64,000 bases of DNA from the IMG/VR virus record IMGVR_UViG_3300048591_000147, positions 250,957 through 314,956 of that record; one strand, 5' to 3'. Shown here piece by piece: positions 40,408 through 50,054 of the stretch (positions within the stretch are counted from its first letter, which is position 1; the number at the start of each line of letters is the position of its first letter). A program made the position numbers and the translations under genes. Below the pieces are notes generated by a model. The model made no database searches. It was not told the DNA's origin and was given only the letters and a program-made list of their open reading frames with translations.

Positions 40408-40938
40408 ATGCATAATTTTAAACAAAAAGTTCCCGGTCATTTTGAGAATGATCAGTATGTTTTCTTTTGGGCTGGTCCGTTTTCAAATTGGCACCCTTGT
40501 AAATATCGTTTTAATGATCTAGAGTTCAATTGTTCAGAGCAACAGTTTATTGCTCATAAAGCAATTCTGTTTGATGATAAAGCAGCGTTTAATGCAGTCA
40601 TGAATTCTGACGATCCAGCGGTACAAAAACGTGCTGGTAGATTGATTGAAAATTTTGATCAGACAGTCTGGGATCAAAATAAAGTCGAATTAATGCAACT
40701 AGCGGTATACCTAAAATTCAGTCAGAATGAAGATCTTAAGAAAATCCTTCTGGACACTGGAGACAAAATTTTGGTAGAAGCTAGCCCATACGATAAGATA
40801 TGGGGCATAGGAATGGGCGCTGATCATAAGGACATTTTGGATGAATCAAAGTGGAATGGCGAAAACCTATTGGGTAAGGTACTGATGGAGGTTCGTGATT
40901 TGATTAGGGAAGATATCGTTCAAGATTTGGAATCGTAA
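40408..40938 (+). CDS. NADAR (YbiA-like) family protein
   Basis: FSNWHP, FNCSEQQF, KFSQNEDLK, LVEASPYDKIWGIG, GENLLGKVLMEVR. Confidence 0.92.
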   Translation: MHNFKQKVPGHFENDQYVFFWAGPFSNWHPCKYRFNDLEFNCSEQQFIAHKAILFDDKAAFNAVMNSDDPAVQKRAGRLIENFDQTVWDQNKVELMQLAVYLKFSQNEDLKKILLDTGDKILVEASPYDKIWGIGMGADHKDILDESKWNGENLLGKVLMEVRDLIREDIVQDLES

Positions 40939-41405
40939 TGTTCGAAGATGAATGGAACAAAAGATTCTTAAGAATGGCACTGTACGTGCAGACATGGTCT
41001 AAGGACGATTCCACCAAAGTTGCGGCAATCATAGTTGACTCTAATAAGATTGTTAGAGCAACTGGTTACAATGGCATTCCAAGGTTGTTGGATGACAACA
41101 ACCGACTCAGACATGAGCGACCAGAAAAGTACAAATGGTTCAGTCATGCCGAAGAGAATTTGTTCTGCAATTGTGCTAGACTAGGTGTCTCTACAAATGA
41201 TTGTACTATTTTTATAACAGCATGCCCTTGCAACACATGTACCAGAATGATCATACAGTCTGGAATTACAAACGTAGTATTTTTAGAAAATAAAGAATTT
41301 GAAACACGATGGGCTGACGCTATCAAGACGACTAAAGAGATGTTAGAAGAAGCGTCTATTCCAATCACTAAATACGAATATGAGCAATTATATGAAAATC
41401 AATGA
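40938..41405 (+). CDS. dCMP deaminase
   Basis: SKDDSTKV, TGYNG, HAEEN, PCNTC. Confidence 0.9.
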   Translation: MFEDEWNKRFLRMALYVQTWSKDDSTKVAAIIVDSNKIVRATGYNGIPRLLDDNNRLRHERPEKYKWFSHAEENLFCNCARLGVSTNDCTIFITACPCNTCTRMIIQSGITNVVFLENKEFETRWADAIKTTKEMLEEASIPITKYEYEQLYENQ

Positions 41406-41892
41406 ATTACAAAATAAACAGCAGCCGGTCATCTATGTGTTGGTTGGCGCTCCATGCAGCGGAAAGAGCACATGGACTAAGAAATTGCTTGCAACAGACT
41501 CGTCGTTTGTAGTAATATCAACTGATGATCTATTAGACGAATACGCAGAAGCCGAAGGCTTGACTTATGGTGAAGCTTGGAATAAATACTTCGGTAGGGC
41601 TAATTCAGCAGCGAAGCAGAAGTTTGCATCTGCTGTCACTAATAAGTCAAACATGGTTTACGATCAGACGAACATGAGTGCTAAGAAACGTAGGGGCATC
41701 TTGTCAAACGTTCCTGATCACTTCAAGGTCGCAGTTGTATTCGATGTTGATACAAAAGAATTGTTTCGTAGAAACAAGGAACGTGCGGAAAAAACGGGGA
41801 AGAACATTCCAGAACATATCATTAAAAAGATGCTAGGGGATTATCATCCTGTAACTAAGGAAGAGGGCTTCAATAAAATCATAAGGGTGTAG
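41380..41892 (+). CDS. polynucleotide kinase-like P-loop protein (AAA_33)
   Basis: VGAPCSGKSTW, ISTDD, YDQTN, RNKER. Confidence 0.75.
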   Translation: MSNYMKINELQNKQQPVIYVLVGAPCSGKSTWTKKLLATDSSFVVISTDDLLDEYAEAEGLTYGEAWNKYFGRANSAAKQKFASAVTNKSNMVYDQTNMSAKKRRGILSNVPDHFKVAVVFDVDTKELFRRNKERAEKTGKNIPEHIIKKMLGDYHPVTKEEGFNKIIRV

Positions 41893-41897
41893 GTGTC

Positions 41898-42509
41898 ATG
41901 TTACAGAAAACAAATAAAGTAAAAACAGCATTACCAAAAATTCTTGCCTTGAACAAGAACGGCGAAGCATTGAAATGGATCGATTATCAGGACTGTTGCA
42001 CACATTATGCAAAGGGTAATATTTTATGGTCACTAGGTGAACATAAAGTAAACTTGCGTGGTGGTACTAACGCAAAGACTGGTTTACCAACTGTCATGGT
42101 CATGGATACCATTATTGCTATCGATAATGGCGTGTCACCATCGAAATATCGTAAGATGAATCCGGTGTTGACAAACAAGACTCTATTTGAACGTGACAGA
42201 AACCTTTGCGCGTACTGTGGTGCCGTATTCAAGAAAGCGGATTTGACTAGAGATCACGTAATACCATCTTCAAAGGGTGGTAAGGATACATGGGAAAACT
42301 GTGTAACAGCGTGCTATCACTGTAACCAATGGAAGGCTGACAGAACACCAGAGGAAGCAGAGATGAAGTTGTTATATGTTGCATACGTGCCATCTTTCAA
42401 TGAGCATTTGATTTTGCAGAATAGAAACTTATTGGCAGATCAGATGGAGTTCTTGCTTTCTGGTGTATCGCCACATTCAAGACTACGCACAGAGAATCTA
42501 TTAAATTAG
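41898..42509 (+). CDS. HNH endonuclease family protein
   Basis: RDRNLCAYCG, TRDHVIPSSKGG, WENCVTACYHCNQWK. Confidence 0.9.
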   Translation: MLQKTNKVKTALPKILALNKNGEALKWIDYQDCCTHYAKGNILWSLGEHKVNLRGGTNAKTGLPTVMVMDTIIAIDNGVSPSKYRKMNPVLTNKTLFERDRNLCAYCGAVFKKADLTRDHVIPSSKGGKDTWENCVTACYHCNQWKADRTPEEAEMKLLYVAYVPSFNEHLILQNRNLLADQMEFLLSGVSPHSRLRTENLLN

Positions 42510-42518
42510 ATTGATTAC

Positions 42519-42553
42519 AAAAATCCGCCAGAGTAACATCTGGCGGATTTTTT
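42519..42553 (+). terminator. intrinsic terminator
   Basis: AAAAATCCGCCAGA / TCTGGCGGATTTTT. Confidence 0.85.
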
Positions 42554-42601
42554 CGTACAGATTCAAATAGCGTCACTATATACCTAAAAAGGAAATAATT
42601 T

Positions 42602-42769
42602 ATGTCAGACAAAATTGTTTATCGGCTAATTGCTGGTAATAGAATCATTAAAGAATCACTTAACGAAGATGAAGTCTTTCAGGCGCAGCAGCGTTTATCA
42701 GAGGCAGAAAGGTTGACATCTCGCATCATACCAATAACCGAAAGCGGTTCGCAGTTTTTACTAGGATAA
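42602..42769 (+). CDS. small hypothetical protein (55 aa, not in ORF track)
   Basis: AAGGA SD; MSDKIVYRLI...SQFLLG. Confidence 0.55.
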   Translation: MSDKIVYRLIAGNRIIKESLNEDEVFQAQQRLSEAERLTSRIIPITESGSQFLLG

Positions 42770-42774
42770 TAATA

Positions 42775-42957
42775 ATGAGCGATGATATTTTACAAAATTT
42801 GGCACAAAAGTTTATAGAATTAAAACAGATGTTGATGGATGAATATGATATTGATTTACGGGATTATGACCCACAAGACTACGAAGATAATGATGATCTT
42901 ATAGATGTATTAGAATCTTTGTTCTTCACCAACCAGATTTTGGAACGACACGAATGA
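42775..42957 (+). CDS. small acidic hypothetical protein
   Basis: 60-aa ORF. Confidence 0.5.
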   Translation: MSDDILQNLAQKFIELKQMLMDEYDIDLRDYDPQDYEDNDDLIDVLESLFFTNQILERHE

Positions 42958-43322
42958 GATACTCGGCATTAGTACTAACACAACAAAGTAGAAACCATCT
43001 GAAATCGATATTTCCTCCGAAGTATCCTGATTTTATTGGGCACCACGTTACTTTAAAATTCGGTGTAGATCGAAAAGAATTACCAGCACCATTACCAGAC
43101 AGAGTATCTGTTGTTGGTTATGTGGACGATGGTGAAGGTCTGGAAGCATTATTAGTCGCATTAAATGGTAATACGGATAGACCAGATGGTAGCAAATACC
43201 ATATCACATGGTCGTTGGATAGATCGCTAGGCAAAAAGCCAGTGGATTCTAATGCCATTATAGGCAATGCTAAAAAGACGGTTGATGTAAAGGTTGATGT
43301 GACATCTGAGATACTAGGATAA
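42954..43322 (+). CDS. 2H phosphoesterase (CPDase-like)
   Basis: Two HxT motifs: HHVTL and YHITW. Confidence 0.65.
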   Translation: MRYSALVLTQQSRNHLKSIFPPKYPDFIGHHVTLKFGVDRKELPAPLPDRVSVVGYVDDGEGLEALLVALNGNTDRPDGSKYHITWSLDRSLGKKPVDSNAIIGNAKKTVDVKVDVTSEILG

Positions 43323-43325
43323 TGT

Positions 43326-43592
43326 ATGGACTGGATAATAAAACCCACTCTAGCATTTGAGCAGATAGAGACAATTAGAGATGATGGATCGGTTTGTTGG
43401 CAGGGTGGAGAGCATATGTGGTGGCCCGCAGCAATCAGATTCGACACGATTGACGAGTTGGTTGAATTTTTGGCAAAAGACCAAACAGAGTTTCTAGGCT
43501 TCCAATTCGAGAATGTCCACGTTTCCAAAATAGTACATAATGAAAAAATGTATGATGTTACGTTTACATTTGATCACGCTAGAATATTATAA
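43326..43592 (+). CDS. hypothetical protein
   Basis: 88-aa ORF. Confidence 0.5.
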   Translation: MDWIIKPTLAFEQIETIRDDGSVCWQGGEHMWWPAAIRFDTIDELVEFLAKDQTEFLGFQFENVHVSKIVHNEKMYDVTFTFDHARIL

Positions 43593-43609
43593 CAATAGGA
43601 TAAATAATT

Positions 43610-43876
43610 ATGATTGATTTAGGAAAGGCTATTAAAAACACAGAACGTAAGTTTGGATCGGCTGATACATACTTCTTCTCACCAGTAAAGTTATCTACTG
43701 GTGAATTAGTCTATGGTCTGTTCACTGAACACGAAGTTACAACAGCAATTAAACGTGCTGAAGGTAATTTAGAAGATATCTCAGCGATTCTCATAGAAGA
43801 CGAAATACAGGAAAGCCGATTCGGTAGATTTACCCGCTGGCTGTCTGGTTTCTTCGGATCAACTACCAGAGAGTAA
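43610..43876 (+). CDS. hypothetical protein
   Basis: 88-aa ORF after GATAAATA (43599-43606). Confidence 0.5.
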   Translation: MIDLGKAIKNTERKFGSADTYFFSPVKLSTGELVYGLFTEHEVTTAIKRAEGNLEDISAILIEDEIQESRFGRFTRWLSGFFGSTTRE

Positions 43877-44287
43877 TCTGGCGGTTCGTCTAGCTCTATT
43901 TGGTACTTGGGTAGCCCATTTACTATTTAACGCCTCTCTTGACGCTTCCTGAAATTTACCTTCATTAAGTAATTGGATGGTTTTAGAAAATTGTCTAAAA
44001 CCATTTTCACCTAGATTGAAAACCATATCAAGAATGCCCAACTGCGTATTAGCAGGAAACTTATAAAAGTTTGGGAATAACTTCACACACGATCTCGTCG
44101 CAATGTCTAAGTCTGCTTCTAACATTGCATATGCTTGGTTTCTAGTGACTATTTGCAACCCCATTTCATGCGGCAACAGTTTATGCCCAATACCAATGGT
44201 TGCGAATTGCTCTGTATCTAGATATCGGCTTAATACTAAACCTTCTTCAGCGACAAAATGGTCAACAACATGTTTTGGATATTTCAT
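43859..44287 (-). CDS. T4-type (GH24) lysozyme
   Basis: EEG...YLDT...TIGIGH catalytic E/D/T, DMVFNLG, SKWATQVPNRA. Confidence 0.92.
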   Translation of the reverse strand: MKYPKHVVDHFVAEEGLVLSRYLDTEQFATIGIGHKLLPHEMGLQIVTRNQAYAMLEADLDIATRSCVKLFPNFYKFPANTQLGILDMVFNLGENGFRQFSKTIQLLNEGKFQEASREALNSKWATQVPNRARRTARLLSGS

Positions 44288-44655
44288 TATGAGAAGTCCG
44301 GGAATATGAAAATAGGTTTTCTAACAGCGGCTGGATCTTGCTCTTCACCATCTGGTGGTAATTCACCTTCACCATCGCCTTCGATATCATCAAAATTCAA
44401 ATCTTCTTCGCCGTCTAATGCAGCGTCTGGATCAAGAGTATCAAGCCCTGCTTCGTCATCAAATTCTCCAGATTCAGCATCTATAGCCTCTTCATCAGAG
44501 AATTCATCAAAACCGTCCTCATCATCCATTCCGTCTAAGTCAGCAATAGAATTAATGTCAGCTTCTGGCTCGACGTCTTCATCATCATAATAATCATTTA
44601 AATCGTCATCAATGCCCGTGTCGATATTAAAATTGAACGAAAATTCTTTATCCAT
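44287..44655 (-). CDS. highly acidic hypothetical protein
   Basis: D/E-rich 122 aa; AAGGGA SD and CATAAATA on minus strand. Confidence 0.6.
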   Translation of the reverse strand: MDKEFSFNFNIDTGIDDDLNDYYDDEDVEPEADINSIADLDGMDDEDGFDEFSDEEAIDAESGEFDDEAGLDTLDPDAALDGEEDLNFDDIEGDGEGELPPDGEEQDPAAVRKPIFIFPDFS

Positions 44656-44713
44656 AATTTTTCCCTTTTGTATATTTATGTTGACTTACTAGTAAAATGT
44701 GGTATTATTGCAT

Positions 44714-45643
44714 TTAATATATAATCTTGTCCCATTTTCTATTTAATATCGGTAGACTATTTTGTATCGTAAAATCCAGTAATCCGCTCAAAATCATTTT
44801 AGAACCAATTCGCATTCTAGGAAATTTAATGTGAGATAACAATACTGTATTTTTTTTAACTACATTGAAGTAATCGTGTAAAAAATTATTAATATAGTTT
44901 AAATTTTCTTCCCATGCGCTGTGAGTCGTTATTGCTATGGAATATCCGCTTTTAGTTTTTTGTATACATCCGTCACCATCTATAAATCCTATTATTATAG
45001 ATAATATTTGTTCTTTTGTAAATTTATATTCTAAAAATTTTGGTGGGTTATAAGTTTTGTTATAATTTATCATAAATTTATTCATTATTTGTGGTACTAT
45101 GTTCTCATTTGCCAAACTCACTCTGCAATAAGGTGCGTTATTCTTATACCCTGTTTTCGTAACACCACTTGTTATTTTTTGAGTTTCTATGAAATTTGCA
45201 AATTTTTCTAAATGTGCGTTATCATTAGCACTAAGTGCTAATATTAAATAATTTCCACTGAAACACCCGTCAGCCAGTATGAAACCCATCCAATAAAATG
45301 CTTCTAAATCATCGTTTAATAACTTTTCAATTTTATTATCATATTCAGTTTTTCTTAATCCTAAGTTACCAGCCTTCCAATGAATGCTATCATTACTTCT
45401 ACATAGTTTTTTGCATAAAAAATTAATATCTTGTGAATCATAATTGAGTTTTAAATATTCAATCTCTTCATCTTCCCATTTTTTAGATTTAAATCCTCTT
45501 AACAGACCTAATGATACTGCTTTACCTTTAACTGTGTTATAATTTATTTGCAGCATAGATGCGAGTTCTTTAGTAGTGTATTTTGAAAAATTGTCTATTA
45601 AAAAATTAATACTAGATGTAGACCAGCAGTTGGGATTGCGCAT
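44714..45643 (-). mobile_element. free-standing LAGLIDADG endonuclease
   Basis: WMGFILADG and IIGFIDGDG motifs; N-terminal HTH-like repeats; AGGAG SD; TATAAATA at 45680-45687 (minus). Confidence 0.85.
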
Positions 45644-45714
45644 GTATATTCTCCTATGATATGATATAGCATATAACAGTATTTATATACCGTGCAGACT
45701 TTATTAGGAAAATT

Positions 45715-46410
45715 ATGAGAATAGTAGCTACTAGTGACACCCACTTTCCGGTGAAACCCGGAATGATCCCCTTCGGTGACGTTTTTTTGCATTGCGGTGA
45801 TCTTATGCAGAATGGGTATCCGTCAGAATGGCCAGATTGTTTAGACTGGTTAAATGAATTACCACATAAGGTAAAAATAATTACATTTGGAAATCATGAT
45901 TTCCATCCATTCCTATATCCCGGACCATCGTTACAAGATTTAAGAAAGATTGGAGTAACCGTATTAGGATATCCGGGCAATTCACATTATTATGCAATGA
46001 CATTACCCAATAACATGGTGGTTGCAGCTTGCCCCTATGTTAATAATTTACCAAGATGGGCATTTAATGCCAGTCGAGAGCAAGTAGTATATCATTTAGA
46101 ACAGCTAACACGACTACAGATTGTGGATATAATGATGACTCATATGCCAATATACGGAGTATTGGATACAGTGAATAATCGTCATACTGGTTCATTGGAA
46201 TATCAAAGCTTTCTCATACGCCAACAACCTCCTATAAAATATTGGTTTTGCGGACATATTCACGAAGGCTACGGACATTACATTGATGATGAGCCATATG
46301 AGAAAAAGTTTCATAATCCATTTGGTCGCACTGGTTGCAATATCTACAATGTCGCCATGTGTAATAGATTACAACAGCATGTTAATAAGCCAGTAGTTAT
46401 AGACGTTTAA
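45715..46410 (+). CDS. calcineurin-like metallophosphoesterase
   Basis: SDTH, GDL, GNHD, HMP, GHIH. Confidence 0.9.
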   Translation: MRIVATSDTHFPVKPGMIPFGDVFLHCGDLMQNGYPSEWPDCLDWLNELPHKVKIITFGNHDFHPFLYPGPSLQDLRKIGVTVLGYPGNSHYYAMTLPNNMVVAACPYVNNLPRWAFNASREQVVYHLEQLTRLQIVDIMMTHMPIYGVLDTVNNRHTGSLEYQSFLIRQQPPIKYWFCGHIHEGYGHYIDDEPYEKKFHNPFGRTGCNIYNVAMCNRLQQHVNKPVVIDV

Positions 46411-46422
46411 TAGGAATTAGTC

Positions 46423-46953
46423 ATGACATCATATTCAGCAATAGTAGCTTTAACTTTAGAAAATGGAATGGGCATGAATGGAAAGATCCCATGGAGGGTG
46501 CCAGAGGACTTTAAATACTTTAAGTCGTTCACCATGGGCAAGACCTGTGTGATGGGTAGAAAGACATATGAGGATATTCTAACATATGCAAAGGACAAAG
46601 ATAATCCATTACCCGGAAGACAATTAGTAGTACTATCAACTACTTATACTGAGATTGATGATCCGTCTTGGGGCGCAAGACCCATCGTGCCTAAAATCGT
46701 TAGAAGGATTAATGGCATGCATCAGTTGTCTGGAACGGCTGGCCCGATATGTTTTATTGGCGGCGCAGCGATATACAAAGAGGCTGCTGATAGATTCAGT
46801 AATATAATATTATCAGTTACTAGACTTCATTTTCCAACTGTAGTAGAGTGTGATACGTTCTTCGTCCCTGAAGAGTCTGGATTCAAGCGAATTCATAGAT
46901 TTTTCTTAGGTGAGACACCACACGTTATTGAAACCTACATGAATTGGAGGTAA
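46423..46953 (+). CDS. folA: dihydrofolate reductase
   Basis: GKIPW..PEDFKYFK, VMGRKTY, IGGAAIY, CDTFF. Confidence 0.93.
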   Translation: MTSYSAIVALTLENGMGMNGKIPWRVPEDFKYFKSFTMGKTCVMGRKTYEDILTYAKDKDNPLPGRQLVVLSTTYTEIDDPSWGARPIVPKIVRRINGMHQLSGTAGPICFIGGAAIYKEAADRFSNIILSVTRLHFPTVVECDTFFVPEESGFKRIHRFFLGETPHVIETYMNWR

Positions 46954-46955
46954 GT

Positions 46956-47162
46956 ATGAACGCAAAATATAGAGTCGCTTTTTACGAGCATGAAAGTGGT
47001 TGGGGTAGTAGATTGGATAGTGAAGAGTTCTTCGAAACATACGAAGAGGCTTCGAAAAGGGTTGAAGAATTCAACGCACATAATAATAAGAAACCAGTAC
47101 CAGATTGGTATATGACAGCATCAGAACCACAATTAGTAGACTTAGATAGGATTAAGAAATGA
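46956..47162 (+). CDS. hypothetical protein
   Basis: GGAGG SD before ATG 46956. Confidence 0.6.
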   Translation: MNAKYRVAFYEHESGWGSRLDSEEFFETYEEASKRVEEFNAHNNKKPVPDWYMTASEPQLVDLDRIKK

Positions 47163-47581
47163 CAGACAATAAAATTTATACAACAGAACTAAGACTTTAT
47201 AGTTTTGTAAACTATTACTTATCAGATTTGCAAAGAGGTTTGCAGACCGCACACCTAGTTGCAGAGTTGTATAAGAAGTATACAGTCGGTAAACATAAAA
47301 AAGTGTTAGTTGAATGGGCTACAGATCACAAAACAATAATCATCTTGAATGGTGGGAATTGTAGTGGATTAGCGGACGTATCTTCTAATCTTAAGTATTA
47401 CTCAGAACGATTGGAACTTCCAGTAGCGTCATTTTCAGAAGATATGCAATCATTGGGTGGCGCGTTAACAGTCACTGGTATCATAGTAGATGTAAATGCA
47501 TTAAGAACCTCACCGTTCGGATTTGCGAATACGGATATCCAAGAATTATTGACGTACCTGTCACAATTTAGATTAGCGTAA
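47159..47581 (+). CDS. possible PTH2-fold (peptidyl-tRNA hydrolase II-like) protein
   Basis: GLQTAHLV...W...KTIIIL...FSED...LTVTGI follows the Pth2 pattern AQxxH...W...KIV...D...T. Confidence 0.4.
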   Translation: MTDNKIYTTELRLYSFVNYYLSDLQRGLQTAHLVAELYKKYTVGKHKKVLVEWATDHKTIIILNGGNCSGLADVSSNLKYYSERLELPVASFSEDMQSLGGALTVTGIIVDVNALRTSPFGFANTDIQELLTYLSQFRLA

Positions 47582-47590
47582 GGATAGTAA

Positions 47591-48646
47591 ATGAGACTGG
47601 AATTACAGGAACAACTAGATTTCTCAGATGTTTTGATTTTACCAAAACGATCCACACTAAAGTCTAGGAAAGATGTTGATATTACTAGAACGTTTGCATT
47701 TAGACATACTGGTAAAACGTGGACCGGGACACCAATTATTGCATCAAATATGCTCACTGGCACGTTTGCTATGGCAAACGCGCTATCGAAATACAATATG
47801 ATGACAGCGCTGCATAAACATTATTCTATCCACGAGTTGATAAAGTTTTTTAAACACACCGATCAGTCAGTCATTAACAATGTATGGTATTCCATGGGCA
47901 TAACTGATACAGATTTTCAAAAATTTTCTGATGTATATCAGGTGTGCGACAATTCAATAGAAAAAATTCTTTGTGAAGTAGCTAATGGCTATACAGATCA
48001 GTATGTACAATCGATTAAAAAATTAAGAGATGCATACCCAGATTTAATCATAATGGCAGGTAATGTCGTTACTGGAGAAATGGCGGCAGAATTGATTCTG
48101 GCTGGGGCAGACTGCGTAAGAGCAGGAATTGGCTCGGGACAAATGTGTAAAACTCGAACCGTAGCCGGTATAGGTAGGCCACAATTGTCAACAGTAATTG
48201 ACACCGCTGATGCCGTCCATGGATTGAAAGGTTTGTTATGTAGTGACGGTGGGTGCACACAGTCAGCAGATGTTAATATAGCATTATGTGCGTCAGCGGA
48301 TTTCGTTATGCTGGGATCGATGTTGTCAGGTACTGATGAGTGCGTTGGTGATATTGTAGAAATTGATGGAAAGCAATTCAAGAAGTTCTACGGAATGTCG
48401 TCCAATAGCGCCATGGAAGCGTTTTATGGTGGCAGGGCATCGTATAGAGCGTCTGAGGGCAGAACGACTATGGTGCCTTACAGAGGTTCTGTAGAGGCTA
48501 TTGCAGAAGAGTTGTGCGGAGCAATCAGAAGTATGTGCACATATGTTGGCGCAGAGAAGTTGAAAGAAGCTACAAAACGCGCTACACTTATCAAAGTCAA
48601 TAATAGACTTAACACAACTTATGAAAAATATACGATTGGAAACTGA
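47591..48646 (+). CDS. guaC: GMP reductase
   Basis: LDFSDVLILPKRSTLKSR, AGNVVT, GIGSGQMCKTR, SDGGC, FYGMSS, YRASEG. Confidence 0.92.
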   Translation: MRLELQEQLDFSDVLILPKRSTLKSRKDVDITRTFAFRHTGKTWTGTPIIASNMLTGTFAMANALSKYNMMTALHKHYSIHELIKFFKHTDQSVINNVWYSMGITDTDFQKFSDVYQVCDNSIEKILCEVANGYTDQYVQSIKKLRDAYPDLIIMAGNVVTGEMAAELILAGADCVRAGIGSGQMCKTRTVAGIGRPQLSTVIDTADAVHGLKGLLCSDGGCTQSADVNIALCASADFVMLGSMLSGTDECVGDIVEIDGKQFKKFYGMSSNSAMEAFYGGRASYRASEGRTTMVPYRGSVEAIAEELCGAIRSMCTYVGAEKLKEATKRATLIKVNNRLNTTYEKYTIGN

Positions 48647-48932
48647 TGAAGAACTTGTAATCCCACGATTCGCATTCTTCCATGAAGAATCCCAGATGTG
48701 GTTTGGACTAGAGTTTAGAATTAATGATTATAATAGATGGTATATCAGAACATCTAGTTTTTGGAATCTGTCAACCGAAATTCAGTTGGTGATTGAGCAG
48801 GCATTATACGAAGCAGAATCAAGTTATCAACACGTATTATACAAAGGTACAATACAAACTGTGGTTATATATTGTGGTAATAATATTAATAGTAGAATAT
48901 TATTACAAATAAGAGCATTTAGGTTTCAATAA
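48621..48932 (+). CDS. hypothetical protein
   Basis: 103-aa ORF. Confidence 0.5.
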   Translation: MKNIRLETDEELVIPRFAFFHEESQMWFGLEFRINDYNRWYIRTSSFWNLSTEIQLVIEQALYEAESSYQHVLYKGTIQTVVIYCGNNINSRILLQIRAFRFQ

Positions 48933-48943
48933 AAGGATTAAAT

Positions 48944-49648
48944 ATGAAGTACGATGATTTTGGCAACAGAATGAAAAAATATGAAGCGGTAAGCCAATCG
49001 GTCTTGACCACAAGAACGCCAGTTATTATGCGTCTTGATGGCTGCGCATTCCACACATTTACTAAAGGGTTGAACAGACCGTTTGATTCAGTTTTAAGTG
49101 ATGCTATGGCAGCGACTACCGAACACTTGTGTAGTAAGATCCAAGGTGCTGTCTTTGGTTATATGCAATCAGATGAAATATCGATCTTGATTCAAGACTG
49201 GAAAAATCTGAATACTGATAATTGGTTTGGAAACAATGTCCAGAAGATGGTGAGTGTTTCCGCGAGCATTGCAACAGCATTCTTTAATAAGACTTATAAG
49301 CACCCCTCCAAGGATGCTTTGGCACTATTTGATTCAAGAGTGTTTAACATTCCCAAAGAGGAAGTCGCTAACTATTTCGTATGGCGCCAGAAAGATTGTA
49401 CTAGAAATAGTATTAACTCTTTAGGGCAGGCGCACTTTTCAGCTAAACAGTTACACGGAAAGAATGTTTCACAGGTTCAAGATATGTTGATGGAAACACA
49501 TAATGTCAACTGGAATGATATCCAAACGCGCTATAAGCGTGGGACGTGTGTTGTCAATGGCGTGATTGACTTGGAATGCCCGATCTTTACGCAGGATAGG
49601 GGTTACATCGAAAAAACATATGAATTTTCTGAAAGTGTGGTTGTATAA
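48944..49648 (+). CDS. Thg1-like tRNA(His) guanylyltransferase / 3'-5' polymerase
   Basis: RLDGCAFHTFTK, QSDEISI, FDSR, WRQKDCTRNS. Confidence 0.92.
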   Translation: MKYDDFGNRMKKYEAVSQSVLTTRTPVIMRLDGCAFHTFTKGLNRPFDSVLSDAMAATTEHLCSKIQGAVFGYMQSDEISILIQDWKNLNTDNWFGNNVQKMVSVSASIATAFFNKTYKHPSKDALALFDSRVFNIPKEEVANYFVWRQKDCTRNSINSLGQAHFSAKQLHGKNVSQVQDMLMETHNVNWNDIQTRYKRGTCVVNGVIDLECPIFTQDRGYIEKTYEFSESVVV

Positions 49649-49665
49649 CGAGAGCAGACATCAAT

Positions 49666-49917
49666 ATGGATTACGAACGAATAAAAAAACACTTCCAGTA
49701 TGTTGGATATTTACATGATTTAACTATGGTTTTAAACATGGCCAAGTTAATTTCGGAAGATCTTGAACATGTGGATTATTCACAAGATTATCGCGACAGG
49801 ATACATTTCGTACATGATGATTTAGACGCAAGAATTTCGTTATATGAAGCTGATGACGAAAATAAAGACCCTCTGCGCGAAAATTTTGTGATTCGTAATA
49901 GAGCTGGAATGACTTGA
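49666..49917 (+). CDS. hypothetical protein
   Basis: 83-aa ORF. Confidence 0.45.
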   Translation: MDYERIKKHFQYVGYLHDLTMVLNMAKLISEDLEHVDYSQDYRDRIHFVHDDLDARISLYEADDENKDPLRENFVIRNRAGMT

Positions 49918-50054
49918 TAGTAACAAGACAATGCTGTTATGAGAGAGGTAAAGAAGAGTTTTTCGATTTTGCAGATATGCGTGAAGAGTTATTTAATATA
50001 TGCAATATATTGATTGACAAGTTCCACAAACAAAAATAACAAAAGGAAGTAAAA

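Noticed and set aside
49905-50040. Open frame of about 43 codons after ORF 49666 that could be a frameshifted continuation
   Set aside because: No slippery sequence or clear start; cannot distinguish a small ORF, an indel or chance without homologues
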